From: Oscillospiraceae bacterium | Lineage (GTDB): Bacteria; Bacillota; Clostridia; Oscillospirales; Acutalibacteraceae | DNA length: 44,115 bases | Direction: 5' to 3' | NCBI GenBank assembly: GCA_035647555.1 | Contig: DASRNG010000051.1 | Location: 1-44,115 of the forward strand | Part shown: positions 25,492 through 36,728 of the stretch, piece after piece | Numbering within the stretch: the stretch's first letter is position 1 | Layout of the letters: the number at the start of each line of letters is the position of its first letter | Translations under genes and position numbers: made by a program | The notes under the pieces: model-generated | Databases searched by the model: none | Seen by the model: only the letters and a program-made list of their open reading frames with translations | What the model was told of the DNA's origin: nothing

Positions 25492-26076
25492 TTAAACACT
25501 CATATCGTCTAAAGTTTCTTCAAACGGGGATAGAAACTCTTCAAGAAAAATCTGTGCCTCTTTTATTTTTAGTGCAGGCGAGTTTTCTCTTATAGTTTTT
25601 TCAGCAGAAAGAAATTCAGTGTTACCTGCCTTTCTTTCCTCAACACATTTTATAAGGGCGGCTATTTTATCTGCTGCTTTTATAAGCGGCATAAGAGTCT
25701 TATCATCTTCCCCTGTTAGCAGCGGCAGATAAACTTTCTCCATATCGGGCGGCAGCATTGACGCTATTTTTCTGTTTGCCGCATCTTCAATGCCTTTGAA
25801 TGCCGAAAGAATTTCGGGATTTTTGTATTTTACGGGAGTTGGCATATCTCCTGTTAAAATTTCATGGGCATCATGGTAAAGGGCAAGGGTTGCCGCACGG
25901 TCTGCATTATAAGACTTCCCAAGCCGTATGTTGCCCAGTACGGCAAGCGCATGGGCAATTACTGCTACCTCTTTCGTGTGGGTGTCAAGGTTTTCCTCTT
26001 TGGTGTTTCTCATTAACGCCCAACGATTTATATATTTCATTCTTGAAATCATTGAGAAAAAGCTGTTGCGGCTCAT
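25492..26076 (-). CDS. yfbR: HD-domain 5'-deoxynucleotidase, YfbR-like
   Basis: RMKYINRWALMRN, THTKEVA...HALA and YHDAHEILTGDMPTPVKY motifs match the YfbR family. Confidence 0.75.
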   Translation of the reverse strand: MSRNSFFSMISRMKYINRWALMRNTKEENLDTHTKEVAVIAHALAVLGNIRLGKSYNADRAATLALYHDAHEILTGDMPTPVKYKNPEILSAFKGIEDAANRKIASMLPPDMEKVYLPLLTGEDDKTLMPLIKAADKIAALIKCVEERKAGNTEFLSAEKTIRENSPALKIKEAQIFLEEFLSPFEETLDDMSV

Positions 26077-26091
26077 ATCTAACTCCGAAAA

Positions 26092-29000
26092 CTATTTTTT
26101 AAGTCTTATCTTAAATGTCTTTATTTCAAATGGCTTAAATGTTGTGTGGATTTGATTTCCCTCACGAACGGCGGGGGTATCATTTTCTTCCATAAGGTCA
26201 CATTCAAACACGCTGGCTATTGCAGATGAAACATTTAGTGTGCAAGGTGTTTTCTTATTCCAGGTTTCAAAGGCTCTTACTATAATATCGTCAGAGTCCT
26301 CAGCAAGTTTTACTGTTTCTATAACGATATTAGAGGCGCTTGTGTTTATGAATGAGTAGTCACCCTTTAGACCCTCGCCGCCTTTATTTGCAAGCTTTGT
26401 GTGAAGTGGGAAGTTTACATTGTAACCTTCTTCAGAAACAGCAGAGTCGCAAGCTTTGCCGCTGTGCGGATAAAGTGAGAATGAAAACTCGTGAATTTCT
26501 TTATCTTGCGTTGGGTGGTGCCCCACGGGAGAGCGTAAAAGTGTGGGCCTAATATGCCCGTCTTTAACATCTACGCCGTATTTGCAGTCATTTATAACGG
26601 CAAAACCAAAGCCATTGTCTGAAAGGTCTGCCCACTTGTGCATGCAAACCTCAAATTGTGCAAAGTCCCAGCTTGTGTTTCTCGTTGTGCTGCGCTCAAG
26701 GTTGCCAAACTGAATATCAAAGGTTGCACGGCTAGTATTAACATCTACATGATAATCTGCCTTTAGTGCTACGTGGCTATCTTTCCAGTCTATAACATAA
26801 TCTACATCAATTCTTTGAAGGTCTTTATAAATGTATGTATACTGTGTAATTTTTGATTTACGGAAATTTCTTACTGCCTTATAAACTGCCATTACCGCAC
26901 CGTTTGAGATAAGCGTCTTTTCGTCAGCATTAATTATATCCCAGCTTTTTTCCTCAAAGTAAGCTTTAATATCCCATGCATCGTGGTTGTGAGGGCGGTC
27001 CTCAAATGCAACGAGTTTTCCTACAATATTATTTTCGCCCGAAACACTTCTGCCGCTTTCCTTATGAATGAGTTTTTCAATATTTAACTCACTATCAAAC
27101 TTTACTGAAAATGCATCAGTTTCAGCACCTTCAATATTGGCGCTAAGCTTAGAGTTAAAGGACACAGCACCTTCTACTATGCTGTATACGGCAAAGCCTT
27201 TAGCAGGAACTTTGGCTATAAAGGCTACCTTACCGTCATAAATTTGATAAGGAGTTTCCTTGCCGCTCTTATCTAAAATCTTAAAATCTTTTATAGGCGG
27301 AACATCGCAGTATGCAATATCTTCCCTTTCAAAACCAAGGGTGTTAAATATTACATAAGATGGCTCTGAAAGCTTAACTTTGGATAGAATAGCATCTATA
27401 GCGCTGCTAAGCATCTTTTTTCCGTCTTTAAGCACTTTTTCATATTGAACTGTGCTGTCTTCATAAACTGCGGGGATAGAGGAGCCAGGCAATATATCGT
27501 GGAACTGGTTAAGAAGAATTAGCTTCCAGTTTTCAAGAAGAAGCTCATGCGGATAGCTAAAATCTCCCAAAGCAGAGGCGATAGCAGAAAGCGTTTCTAC
27601 ATCGTGGTGCAAATACTCTGTTTTACGGTTGTATTTTTTATTTTTTGCCTCAGATGTGAGTGTGCCTCTGTGAAATTCAAGGTATAGCTCACCAGTCCAA
27701 GTTGGCAAATAGCGGTTATCGAGTACGTCCCTGCCAAGCTTTTCAAAAAAGTTTCTTGCAGTGCTTTGAACTGTTACGGGGCAGCCCTCAATACCTTTTG
27801 CCATACGTTTATCAAACTCAAGCATTTCTCTTGTAGGGCCTCCGCCACCGTCGCCATAGCCATAGGATATAAGATAATCTTTGCCTATATCTTTTTGACC
27901 GTATCTATCATACCCGCCTATAACCTGTTTTGGTGATAAATAGGTGTTGTATGTAGTTCTGAAAGTTTCACGGTAGTCATCACTTTTATGAGAGCCAGGT
28001 GAAAAGTGTGAAAGTACTTTACTACCGTCTATCCCTTGCCATTCAAATGTATCAAAAGGCAGGCGGTTATATTCGTTCCAGCTTATTTTTGTTGTCATAA
28101 AATAGTCAATGCCAGACTTTCTCATAATTTGAGGAAGAGCCGCACTGTAGCCAAAAACATCGGGAAGCCACATTATTTTATTTTCAACACCGAACTCATC
28201 TTTAAAAAAGCGTTTGCCAACTAAGAATTGACGCACTAAAGACTCACCAGAGGCAACGTTAGTGTCAGCCTCAACCCACATACTGCCCTCTGCCTCCCAG
28301 CGGCCGTCTTTAATTCTCTTTTTAATTTCTTCATAAAGCTCTGGATAATCATGCTTTACAAAATCATAAAGCTGTGCCTGGGGAGACATAAATATGTAAT
28401 CTGGATATTCGTCCATAAATTTTAGTACAGTAGCAAATGAGCGGCCCGTCTTGTCACGAGTTTGGCGAAGCCGCCAAAGCCATGCAACATCAATATGAGT
28501 ATGACCAACGCAGTAGGCAGTAGCCTGACTTTTTTTGCCATAAACCTCTTTTTCTAGGTATGCGCTCGCTTTTTTTGCAGACTCTCTAAAATCTTCTGCA
28601 TCCATAGCGCTAATATCTACCATATTAACAGCGGTGTTAAGCGCTTTTATTAAATTGACCCTTTCGTCACTGTCACCTGAGTAAGCGTTTGCAACCTCAA
28701 GCGGTGTTAAAAGGTCATAGTATAATTTAATAGCAACATCGTCCATTGTGAACATTAAGGCCTTCATTTTAAGCTCAGACTTAAACTCTTTTGCATCAGC
28801 ATGAGCGTTTATATAAATTTCAAACTCTTCTCCTGCTTTTGCACTGTCTGTAATAATAACATTTTGATGGTTAGAGTCCATCCCTTGAAGCATTTTGCCG
28901 TTTACAAAGATAATAAGTTGTGGGTTTACGGTGTTCCATGCACCTATATAAGGAGTAATACCGTAGTAAACCTTTTTGCCGTCAAAACGGTCTGGGATTT

Positions 29001-29253
29001 TAATAGTTTGCTTAAACCAGCAGTAACATTCGGGGTATCCCCAATAATCTTTTTCGGCATCAAAAGGCGCCCATTCGCCCTTATCTCGCTCGTCAAAGGT
29101 ATACTGCCCATCTCTGTGAAAGAAGTTACCTGTTTCATTAGAGTCGGTTATAAATCTTTCAGACTGAATGTCTCTGCAAAACTGCATAATACGCTTAGAG
29201 AGCATATAGCGTTCAGAGTTCTTATCGAAAAACTTAACATCAAAATGTGACAT
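26092..29253 (-). CDS. GH38 alpha-mannosidase (cytoplasmic)
   Basis: About 1050 aa. GHTHIDVAWLW and QFHDILPGSSI motifs of GH38. No signal peptide. I prefer the start at ATG 29253 (MSHFDV, AAGGAG 6 nt upstream) over 29259. Confidence 0.85.
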   Translation of the reverse strand: MSHFDVKFFDKNSERYMLSKRIMQFCRDIQSERFITDSNETGNFFHRDGQYTFDERDKGEWAPFDAEKDYWGYPECYCWFKQTIKIPDRFDGKKVYYGITPYIGAWNTVNPQLIIFVNGKMLQGMDSNHQNVIITDSAKAGEEFEIYINAHADAKEFKSELKMKALMFTMDDVAIKLYYDLLTPLEVANAYSGDSDERVNLIKALNTAVNMVDISAMDAEDFRESAKKASAYLEKEVYGKKSQATAYCVGHTHIDVAWLWRLRQTRDKTGRSFATVLKFMDEYPDYIFMSPQAQLYDFVKHDYPELYEEIKKRIKDGRWEAEGSMWVEADTNVASGESLVRQFLVGKRFFKDEFGVENKIMWLPDVFGYSAALPQIMRKSGIDYFMTTKISWNEYNRLPFDTFEWQGIDGSKVLSHFSPGSHKSDDYRETFRTTYNTYLSPKQVIGGYDRYGQKDIGKDYLISYGYGDGGGGPTREMLEFDKRMAKGIEGCPVTVQSTARNFFEKLGRDVLDNRYLPTWTGELYLEFHRGTLTSEAKNKKYNRKTEYLHHDVETLSAIASALGDFSYPHELLLENWKLILLNQFHDILPGSSIPAVYEDSTVQYEKVLKDGKKMLSSAIDAILSKVKLSEPSYVIFNTLGFEREDIAYCDVPPIKDFKILDKSGKETPYQIYDGKVAFIAKVPAKGFAVYSIVEGAVSFNSKLSANIEGAETDAFSVKFDSELNIEKLIHKESGRSVSGENNIVGKLVAFEDRPHNHDAWDIKAYFEEKSWDIINADEKTLISNGAVMAVYKAVRNFRKSKITQYTYIYKDLQRIDVDYVIDWKDSHVALKADYHVDVNTSRATFDIQFGNLERSTTRNTSWDFAQFEVCMHKWADLSDNGFGFAVINDCKYGVDVKDGHIRPTLLRSPVGHHPTQDKEIHEFSFSLYPHSGKACDSAVSEEGYNVNFPLHTKLANKGGEGLKGDYSFINTSASNIVIETVKLAEDSDDIIVRAFETWNKKTPCTLNVSSAIASVFECDLMEENDTPAVREGNQIHTTFKPFEIKTFKIRLKK

Positions 29254-29265
29254 ATCCATCTCCTT

Positions 29266-31008
29266 TTATTTTGAATTATTTTCAGAATCATTAAGGTTTG
29301 CGTGACGCTTAATTTTATTAGTTGTTGTTCGTAAAAAGTCAATTTCTCTTATGTCGAAATGCCTAATGTTTTTATAGTGCGGCAGTTTTTTGTTTACTTC
29401 TCTTACAGCAGATGATATAGCTTTAAAAATTTCTTCTTTAGAGGGAGTTTGATTTTTAAATTTATCTGTAATAGCCTCTATGTTAGGCAGTATTTTAGCC
29501 TGAATAGATGCATCATCATTATTTTCATCATCCTCTGCACCAAAAACAATACTTTCTGATATAAATGGGTGCCTGTTAAGATAGTATTCAACTTCTTCAG
29601 GGTAAATGTTTTTACCGTTTTTTGTAACGATTACATTTTTAATTCTGCCGACTATTCTATAATGCCCGTTTTCATCAACAGAGCCAAGGTCGCCTGTGCA
29701 AAACCAACCGTCTTCATCAAAAACAGCGTCAGTAGCCTCTTTGTCATTATAGTAGCCAAGCATAACCATAGGGCCTTTTATAAGGATTTCTCCTATTCCC
29801 TTAGTATCAGGATTTTTGATTTTTACGCTAACGCCTGGCAGTGGTTCCCCCACACTATCGGCAAGCTGAAGACGGTCATGGTTGCCTATTACAAGAGGAG
29901 AGCACTCTGTAAGCCCATAGCCAAGATATACGGGCATGCCAAATGTTTTAAAGTCTTTTACAACATGGGGGGAGATAGCAGCAGCGCCTGTTATAATAAG
30001 ACGTATCTTGCCGCCAAAGTTTTTCGATACTTCAGCGAATATTCTTTCGTTTATATTTACACCGATAGCACTCGTAGCAGAGGAAAGCGCCTTACCTACA
30101 GAAAAAGCTAACTTGCTTACCCTATTTTCACTTGCCTTTTTTATTATGCGTGCATGAACTTTTTCAAGCAGCAGCGGCACTGTGACAAATATTGTGGGCT
30201 GGTACTCCTGCATATTTCTTTGAAAGTGCCTAAGTCCCTCGCAGAAACACACACACCCGCCAGAGTACATCAGCATAAGAAAGCTAAGCGAACACTCATA
30301 TGTATGGTGCAGCGGCAAAATAGATAAAAGCACATCTTCTGGGTATATTTTAACAACGCCAGACAGCAGCATAATATCAGAACAAATATTGTATTGGCTA
30401 AGCATTACACCTTTTGCAACGCCTGTAGTGCCAGACGTAAAAAGAAGTGCCGCCAGTTCATCTTTGTCAATAGGAATATTTTTAACGGTGTCTCCTCCAT
30501 TGTCAAGTGTGGCTTTACCTGAGCTTAGCAGTTTATCGTAGGATAAAAATTTACCCTCATCCTCCGTATTATCAAAAGCGTAGTAAAGCATATCCTCAGA
30601 AAGCTTGTCCATTATTTCTGTTATTTTTTGACCTTGCGAATCATCAAAAAATACGGCACAGGCACCAGAGAGATTTAGTATATTTGCAACTTCCTCTGCT
30701 GGCAGCTCTTTATCAATGGGAACAACAACACCAGCACCAAAAGTTATAGCAAGATAAGTGCAGCACCAATTATACGAATTGTTGCCTATGATAGCAATCT
30801 TTTTGCGGCCGATGCCTATATCTGCTATAGCCTGCGCTAATGAGTGTACGGTATGGAGTAAAACAGGATATGTTATATCATAAAACCCGCCATTTTTATC
30901 TTTGAGTCTAAATGCTGGCCTGCCAGGGAAAAGCGCCGCACTTTGCTCTATGAGTTGTTTGAAGTTCTCAATAACACGGATTTCATAAAAGGCTTTTTTT
31001 ATATCCAT
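29266..31008 (-). CDS. Long-chain-fatty-acid--CoA ligase / AMP-binding enzyme
   Basis: LFTSGTTGVAKGV AMP-binding motif, plus GYGLTE and TGDLG motifs. GGAGG RBS 6 nt upstream. Confidence 0.8.
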   Translation of the reverse strand: MDIKKAFYEIRVIENFKQLIEQSAALFPGRPAFRLKDKNGGFYDITYPVLLHTVHSLAQAIADIGIGRKKIAIIGNNSYNWCCTYLAITFGAGVVVPIDKELPAEEVANILNLSGACAVFFDDSQGQKITEIMDKLSEDMLYYAFDNTEDEGKFLSYDKLLSSGKATLDNGGDTVKNIPIDKDELAALLFTSGTTGVAKGVMLSQYNICSDIMLLSGVVKIYPEDVLLSILPLHHTYECSLSFLMLMYSGGCVCFCEGLRHFQRNMQEYQPTIFVTVPLLLEKVHARIIKKASENRVSKLAFSVGKALSSATSAIGVNINERIFAEVSKNFGGKIRLIITGAAAISPHVVKDFKTFGMPVYLGYGLTECSPLVIGNHDRLQLADSVGEPLPGVSVKIKNPDTKGIGEILIKGPMVMLGYYNDKEATDAVFDEDGWFCTGDLGSVDENGHYRIVGRIKNVIVTKNGKNIYPEEVEYYLNRHPFISESIVFGAEDDENNDDASIQAKILPNIEAITDKFKNQTPSKEEIFKAISSAVREVNKKLPHYKNIRHFDIREIDFLRTTTNKIKRHANLNDSENNSK

Positions 31009-31129
31009 TTACTACCTCCACAATACTATTATAAATTTATGTGTTTAGAAGTATAACAGACATACAGCTTTTTTACAATAGATAAGAGCTTGTTTACAAA
31101 ATTTTTTAACAATTAAGCTATATACAAAG

Positions 31130-31147
31130 TAGTGTAAATAGTGTAAA
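31130..31147 (+). repeat. Tandem direct 9-mer TAGTGTAAA x2 upstream of the lipoprotein gene
   Basis: Read directly (31130-31138 and 31139-31147), about 36 nt upstream of the TTG start at 31183. It overlaps a TAAAAT -10-like hexamer. Confidence 0.4.
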
Positions 31148-31182
31148 ATATAAATGAAAAGCATTCAAAAAGGAAGAGAGCA

Positions 31183-32154
31183 TTGAGAACGAATAGCATA
31201 AAAAGGCTTTTAATAATATTAATTATAAGTACAATGGTGTTTCTGCCATCGTGCGTTACCGAAAAATCGGTGATACACATAGGAGACACACCTATTGACA
31301 ATGAGGTTTTTACCTATTATTTAAACGCTGCAATAGATGAAATGGGCGGAAAAACCGCGTCAGAGCTTATTGTAGATGCAGCTGAAAGGGTAAGGTACTA
31401 TGTAAAAGTAAACACCTTAGCGGCAAAGCAGGGTATTATTTTATCCCAAACAGAAAAAATGGAGATTTCTGAAAAGCTTTCGGGAATAGATGCGGTTTAT
31501 GGTGAGTATTATAAAAAAATAGGAGTCTCAAAACAGGCAGTTCAAAAAATAATGGAAAGTAATGCATATGAAATGGCTTTGCTAAATGCTTATTTTGGAG
31601 AAAAGGGCATAAAAGCCGTGAAGAATGAAGAGGTATTAAAAACTCTTAATAAATATTTTATTGCATTCAAAAGTGTGAACGGCTATTTTACAAAGACGAA
31701 AGAAAACGGCGAAATTACAGAAATTTCAGCAGCCGAAAAAGAGCTGCTCATTTCAGAGTTTAAGGATGCAGCAAAACAGATAAATGATAAAAGCCAAACG
31801 ATAGAGGAAGCGGGCACAAAGCTGCAAAAAGAAAATGCAAATAACACAGGAGAAATAACGACGTTAAAAAAGGGAAGTTCATATTATCCAGAAAGCTTTT
31901 TTAATCAGGTTGAAAAAGCAAAGGCTAATGAGGCTATTGTGGTAGTCACTGATAAAAATGTGTTTCTTGTTATAAAAGAGGCAATAAAGATAAATGGCGA
32001 TTATTTTAATGAGCATTATATGTATGCGCTTCTAAAACTAAAGGGTAAAGAGCTTAGAAACCTTATTTCTTCTGATAGCACTTATGAGGCGAATGTATTA
32101 GAAAATAAAGCGGCAGACATATATAACAGCATTATAAAGGCGAGAAAGGGGTAA
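31183..32154 (+). CDS. Putative lipoprotein, possibly a SurA/PrsA N-terminal chaperone-like protein without a PPIase domain
   Basis: Signal peptide with lipobox-like FLPSC. TTG start with an AAAGGAAGAGAG RBS. The functional call is weak. Confidence 0.4.
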   Translation: MRTNSIKRLLIILIISTMVFLPSCVTEKSVIHIGDTPIDNEVFTYYLNAAIDEMGGKTASELIVDAAERVRYYVKVNTLAAKQGIILSQTEKMEISEKLSGIDAVYGEYYKKIGVSKQAVQKIMESNAYEMALLNAYFGEKGIKAVKNEEVLKTLNKYFIAFKSVNGYFTKTKENGEITEISAAEKELLISEFKDAAKQINDKSQTIEEAGTKLQKENANNTGEITTLKKGSSYYPESFFNQVEKAKANEAIVVVTDKNVFLVIKEAIKINGDYFNEHYMYALLKLKGKELRNLISSDSTYEANVLENKAADIYNSIIKARKG

Positions 32155-32158
32155 ACTT

Positions 32159-33094
32159 ATGAAGTGCTTTAACTGCAAAAAAGTTGGCGTAAAGGAAAAT
32201 GAGTTTTGTGAAAACTGTGGGTCGTTCGTTCCAAGAAGAAACTCTGATGTTGCAGAATATGCTGATTTTCAGCTTGACGGAAAAAGTGAACCAAGTAAAT
32301 CAAGTAAATATAGTGCAAATGATAAAAGGGAGACGTATAGCAGTCCCTATCAAAAGTGGGCAGCCTTGTGGCAAGAACTTCAAAAAGAATTTAATAATCA
32401 GCAAGGGCTTAAGGGGAAAGGCGGAAAAACACCATCAGAAAGTTATGGTATGCCAAAAGAGGCGCCGCAGTCTCGCTCTTATAACACTGCTATTGATGAA
32501 CCTGAATATAGGCGAGCTGCACAAATGCCCACAGTAAGAAGAAATACGAATAGAAAAACTTTGCCGCTACCAGGGATTATAATATTTATTATTATCTTTG
32601 TAGCTACTGTTATATTGCCAGGCGTTTTAACTTCTATGAGGTATAATCAATCACAGTACCAGTATGTGGATGACTATTTTCCATTATCTGAGCATGAATC
32701 AACACAAGGAAACATAGAAATACATGAATATGTGCTTGATGATTTTAAGCTGGAGAACATCGTTATTGATGGGGATTATGTAACATCATTTAGCATAGTA
32801 CTTGATTATCCAATACCATTTACAACAAAAAACGAGGAAAAGTATACAGGCTTCTCTTTGAAAGGCAATTTAGAGGTGGTAGAAACAAAAAGTCTTTCTG
32901 TGGTATTTAATGAGAACATAATACATGTACCTAAGTGCAATTTTAAGCTTGATACTGAATATAATCTGCTATATATAACAGTGCCATATTATAACGAGAT
33001 AGAAGAAAGTGAGCATGTGTATTATTTGTCACACTATTCTGATGAAAGTGCTGCGGTAGTTTTCTCTCAGGGCGGATACAGCATAAGATATTAA
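32159..33094 (+). CDS. Zinc-ribbon membrane protein, hypothetical
   Basis: N-terminal CFNC...CENC zinc ribbon, a low-complexity linker, one TM segment (LPLPGIIIFIIIFVATVILPGVL) and an extracytoplasmic C-terminal domain. It starts 4 nt after the lipoprotein gene. Confidence 0.45.
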   Translation: MKCFNCKKVGVKENEFCENCGSFVPRRNSDVAEYADFQLDGKSEPSKSSKYSANDKRETYSSPYQKWAALWQELQKEFNNQQGLKGKGGKTPSESYGMPKEAPQSRSYNTAIDEPEYRRAAQMPTVRRNTNRKTLPLPGIIIFIIIFVATVILPGVLTSMRYNQSQYQYVDDYFPLSEHESTQGNIEIHEYVLDDFKLENIVIDGDYVTSFSIVLDYPIPFTTKNEEKYTGFSLKGNLEVVETKSLSVVFNENIIHVPKCNFKLDTEYNLLYITVPYYNEIEESEHVYYLSHYSDESAAVVFSQGGYSIRY

Positions 33095-33103
33095 ATAAAT
33101 AGT

Positions 33104-33135
33104 AAAAACCCCGCGGAATTGTTCCACGGGGTTTT
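33104..33135. terminator. Bidirectional rho-independent terminator between the zinc-ribbon gene (+) and groEL (-)
   Basis: AAAACCCCG (33105-33113) / CGGGGTTTT (33127-33135) stem with flanking A and T runs. Confidence 0.75.
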
Positions 33136-33155
33136 GCCTATTTTAGCGTGATTTA

Positions 33156-34805
<1,650 letters not shown>

Positions 34806-34823
34806 TTATTCCTCCTGTTAAAT

Positions 34824-35108
34824 TTATTCTACAATTGCAAGAATGTCACTCTGACGAACAATGATGTACTCCTCAGAGTCAAGCTTCACTTCTGTTCCAG
34901 AATATTTGTTAAGGATTACATTATCCCCTACTTTTAACTGCATTGTAACCTCTTTGCCGTCTACTAGGCCACCAGGTCCTACTGAGATAACCTCTGCTAT
35001 TTGTGGCTTTTCCTGAGCTGAAGAAGCAAGGATAATTCCGCCTTTTGTGGTTTCCTCTGCTTGTGTAAACTTCAAAACGACTCTGTCTGCGAGTGGTTTG
35101 AGTGTCAT
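34824..35108 (-). CDS. groS: Co-chaperonin GroES
   Basis: 94 aa. MTLKPLADRVVLK...GGIILASSAQEKPQIAEV. Confidence 0.95.
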   Translation of the reverse strand: MTLKPLADRVVLKFTQAEETTKGGIILASSAQEKPQIAEVISVGPGGLVDGKEVTMQLKVGDNVILNKYSGTEVKLDSEEYIIVRQSDILAIVE

Positions 35109-35147
35109 AACTATTCCTCCTATTTTTTATTTTTATAACTATTTTGG

Positions 35148-35174
35148 TTAGCACTCTATATTGTTGAGTGCTAA
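35148..35174. promoter_or_regulatory. CIRCE operator (HrcA binding site) of groES-groEL
   Basis: Perfect TTAGCACTC-N9-GAGTGCTAA at 35148-35174, 40 nt upstream of the groES start. Confidence 0.9.
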
Positions 35175-35178
35175 AGGT

Positions 35179-35206
35179 ATTTTAACTCATATTTCCAAAA
35201 AATCAA
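35179..35206 (-). promoter_or_regulatory. SigA promoter of groES-groEL
   Basis: On the minus strand: TTGATT (35206-35201), 16-nt spacer, TAAAAT (35184-35179). It lies immediately upstream of CIRCE. Confidence 0.6.
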
Positions 35207-35251
35207 GCATTTTTTGATAAATTAACAATTTTTTAAAAAATAAAGTGCTAA

Positions 35252-35280
35252 TTGACTAATAAAGCGCCGCAATATATAAT
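35252..35280 (+). promoter_or_regulatory. Near-consensus SigA promoter for the HAD / two-component operon
   Basis: TTGACT (35252-35257), 17-nt spacer, TATAAT (35275-35280). Confidence 0.6.
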
Positions 35281-35310
35281 GATTATATCAATTTAATATG
35301 GGGGATTTTT

Positions 35311-36033
35311 ATGAGAAAGCCAAAGGCAATCCTTTTTGATTTTGGGGGCACTCTTGCTATTGATTCTGAATTTGATTTTAAGAGAGGTGCTAAGGCTTTA
35401 AAAAATGCTGCGCTTAACGGTGAAGTGGTATCGACAGAAAAGCTAAATGACATATGGGACGAGCTATATAGGGGAATTAACACGGCATTTAACCATGATG
35501 CGCCTTTCGGGCTTGAAACGCCGTTATCCTGTATGTTCCGCTATTTATTTGATGTTTCGGGGCTTAAATTTGATAAGGATTTATTAGAACTTGAATGTAT
35601 TTTTGATAGTAATAATTCTGACAGAACAAGAGCAAAGCATATGAAAGAGCTTCTTCAATACATAAAAGAAAGCGGCATAAAAACAGCAGTAATAAGCAAC
35701 ATAACACTGTCTGGAAAGGCGCTTAGAAGAGCTATCGAAAAGATTTATCCTGATAATCCGTTTGAGTTTGTAATTACAAGTGCAGATTATTGCCTGTTAA
35801 AACCAGCACCTCATATGTTTATAGCAGCGGCAAAAAGGCTATCTGTTGCACCAGAGGATTGTTTTTATTGCGGTGATTCTTTTGAGGCAGATGTAAAGGG
35901 AGCGAAAAGTGCAGGCTATTTCCCTGTGCTTTATGATACAAGTGCAAGCGAAAAATCTGTTTTTATGGACGATGGGGAGTATCTTAAAATTAACTCTTGG
36001 AACGTATTAAAGGAGCTTTTAAGCGAGGTGTAG
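35311..36033 (+). CDS. HAD-superfamily hydrolase
   Basis: Motif I ILFDFGGTL, motif II VISN, motif IV CGDSFEADVKGA. Confidence 0.65.
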   Translation: MRKPKAILFDFGGTLAIDSEFDFKRGAKALKNAALNGEVVSTEKLNDIWDELYRGINTAFNHDAPFGLETPLSCMFRYLFDVSGLKFDKDLLELECIFDSNNSDRTRAKHMKELLQYIKESGIKTAVISNITLSGKALRRAIEKIYPDNPFEFVITSADYCLLKPAPHMFIAAAKRLSVAPEDCFYCGDSFEADVKGAKSAGYFPVLYDTSASEKSVFMDDGEYLKINSWNVLKELLSEV

Positions 36034-36035
36034 CC

Positions 36036-36728
36036 ATGGCTAAAATTTTGATTGCCGATGATGAACCACTTATGAGAAGACTTATTTCTGATTTTTTAAA
36101 AAGAGATGGGCATGAAATTAAAGAGGCTAAAGACGGTGATGAGGCTTTACGAATATTTAAGTCAACAAACGAAATAAATCTTGCCATACTTGATATTATG
36201 ATGCCTAATATGGACGGGTGGGAAGCGACGAGGCAAATACGAGCAATTTCAGATATACCTATTATACTCGTTTCTGCACGCTCACAAGACTTTGACCAGA
36301 TAATGGGTTTTGAGTCTGGCGCAGATGAGTATGTGACAAAACCATTTAGCCCCGCTGTGCTTGCAAAAAGGGTACAAGTTCTTTTAGACAGGCATAAGAT
36401 GAATTATTCGTCAAGCAAAAAAAGCAAAGAAGTAATTTTATTTGACGGGTTAAAGCTTGACATTGCCGCACACGAGGTTTATCTTGACGGTGTTTCTATT
36501 GAACTGACCCTAAAAGAATATAAAATTTTAGCTATGCTAATGTCAAACATAGGCAGGGCATATTCCCGTGATAGACTGCTTGACGAGGTGTGGGGTATGG
36601 ATTTTTATGGGGATATACGAACGGTAGATTCGCACGTTGCAAGGCTTAGGACGAAGCTTGGCGATTGGGGAGCTAAAAGGATTAAAACGATATACGGAAT
36701 AGGATATAAAATAGAGGAAAACGAGTGA
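36036..36728 (+). CDS. OmpR/PhoB-family response regulator
   Basis: ILIADDEP, DIMMPNMDG and a KPF receiver motif, plus a C-terminal winged helix (LTLKEYKILAML...RTVDSHVARLRTKL). I chose the start at ATG 36036, with GAGGTG upstream. Confidence 0.85.
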   Translation: MAKILIADDEPLMRRLISDFLKRDGHEIKEAKDGDEALRIFKSTNEINLAILDIMMPNMDGWEATRQIRAISDIPIILVSARSQDFDQIMGFESGADEYVTKPFSPAVLAKRVQVLLDRHKMNYSSSKKSKEVILFDGLKLDIAAHEVYLDGVSIELTLKEYKILAMLMSNIGRAYSRDRLLDEVWGMDFYGDIRTVDSHVARLRTKLGDWGAKRIKTIYGIGYKIEENE

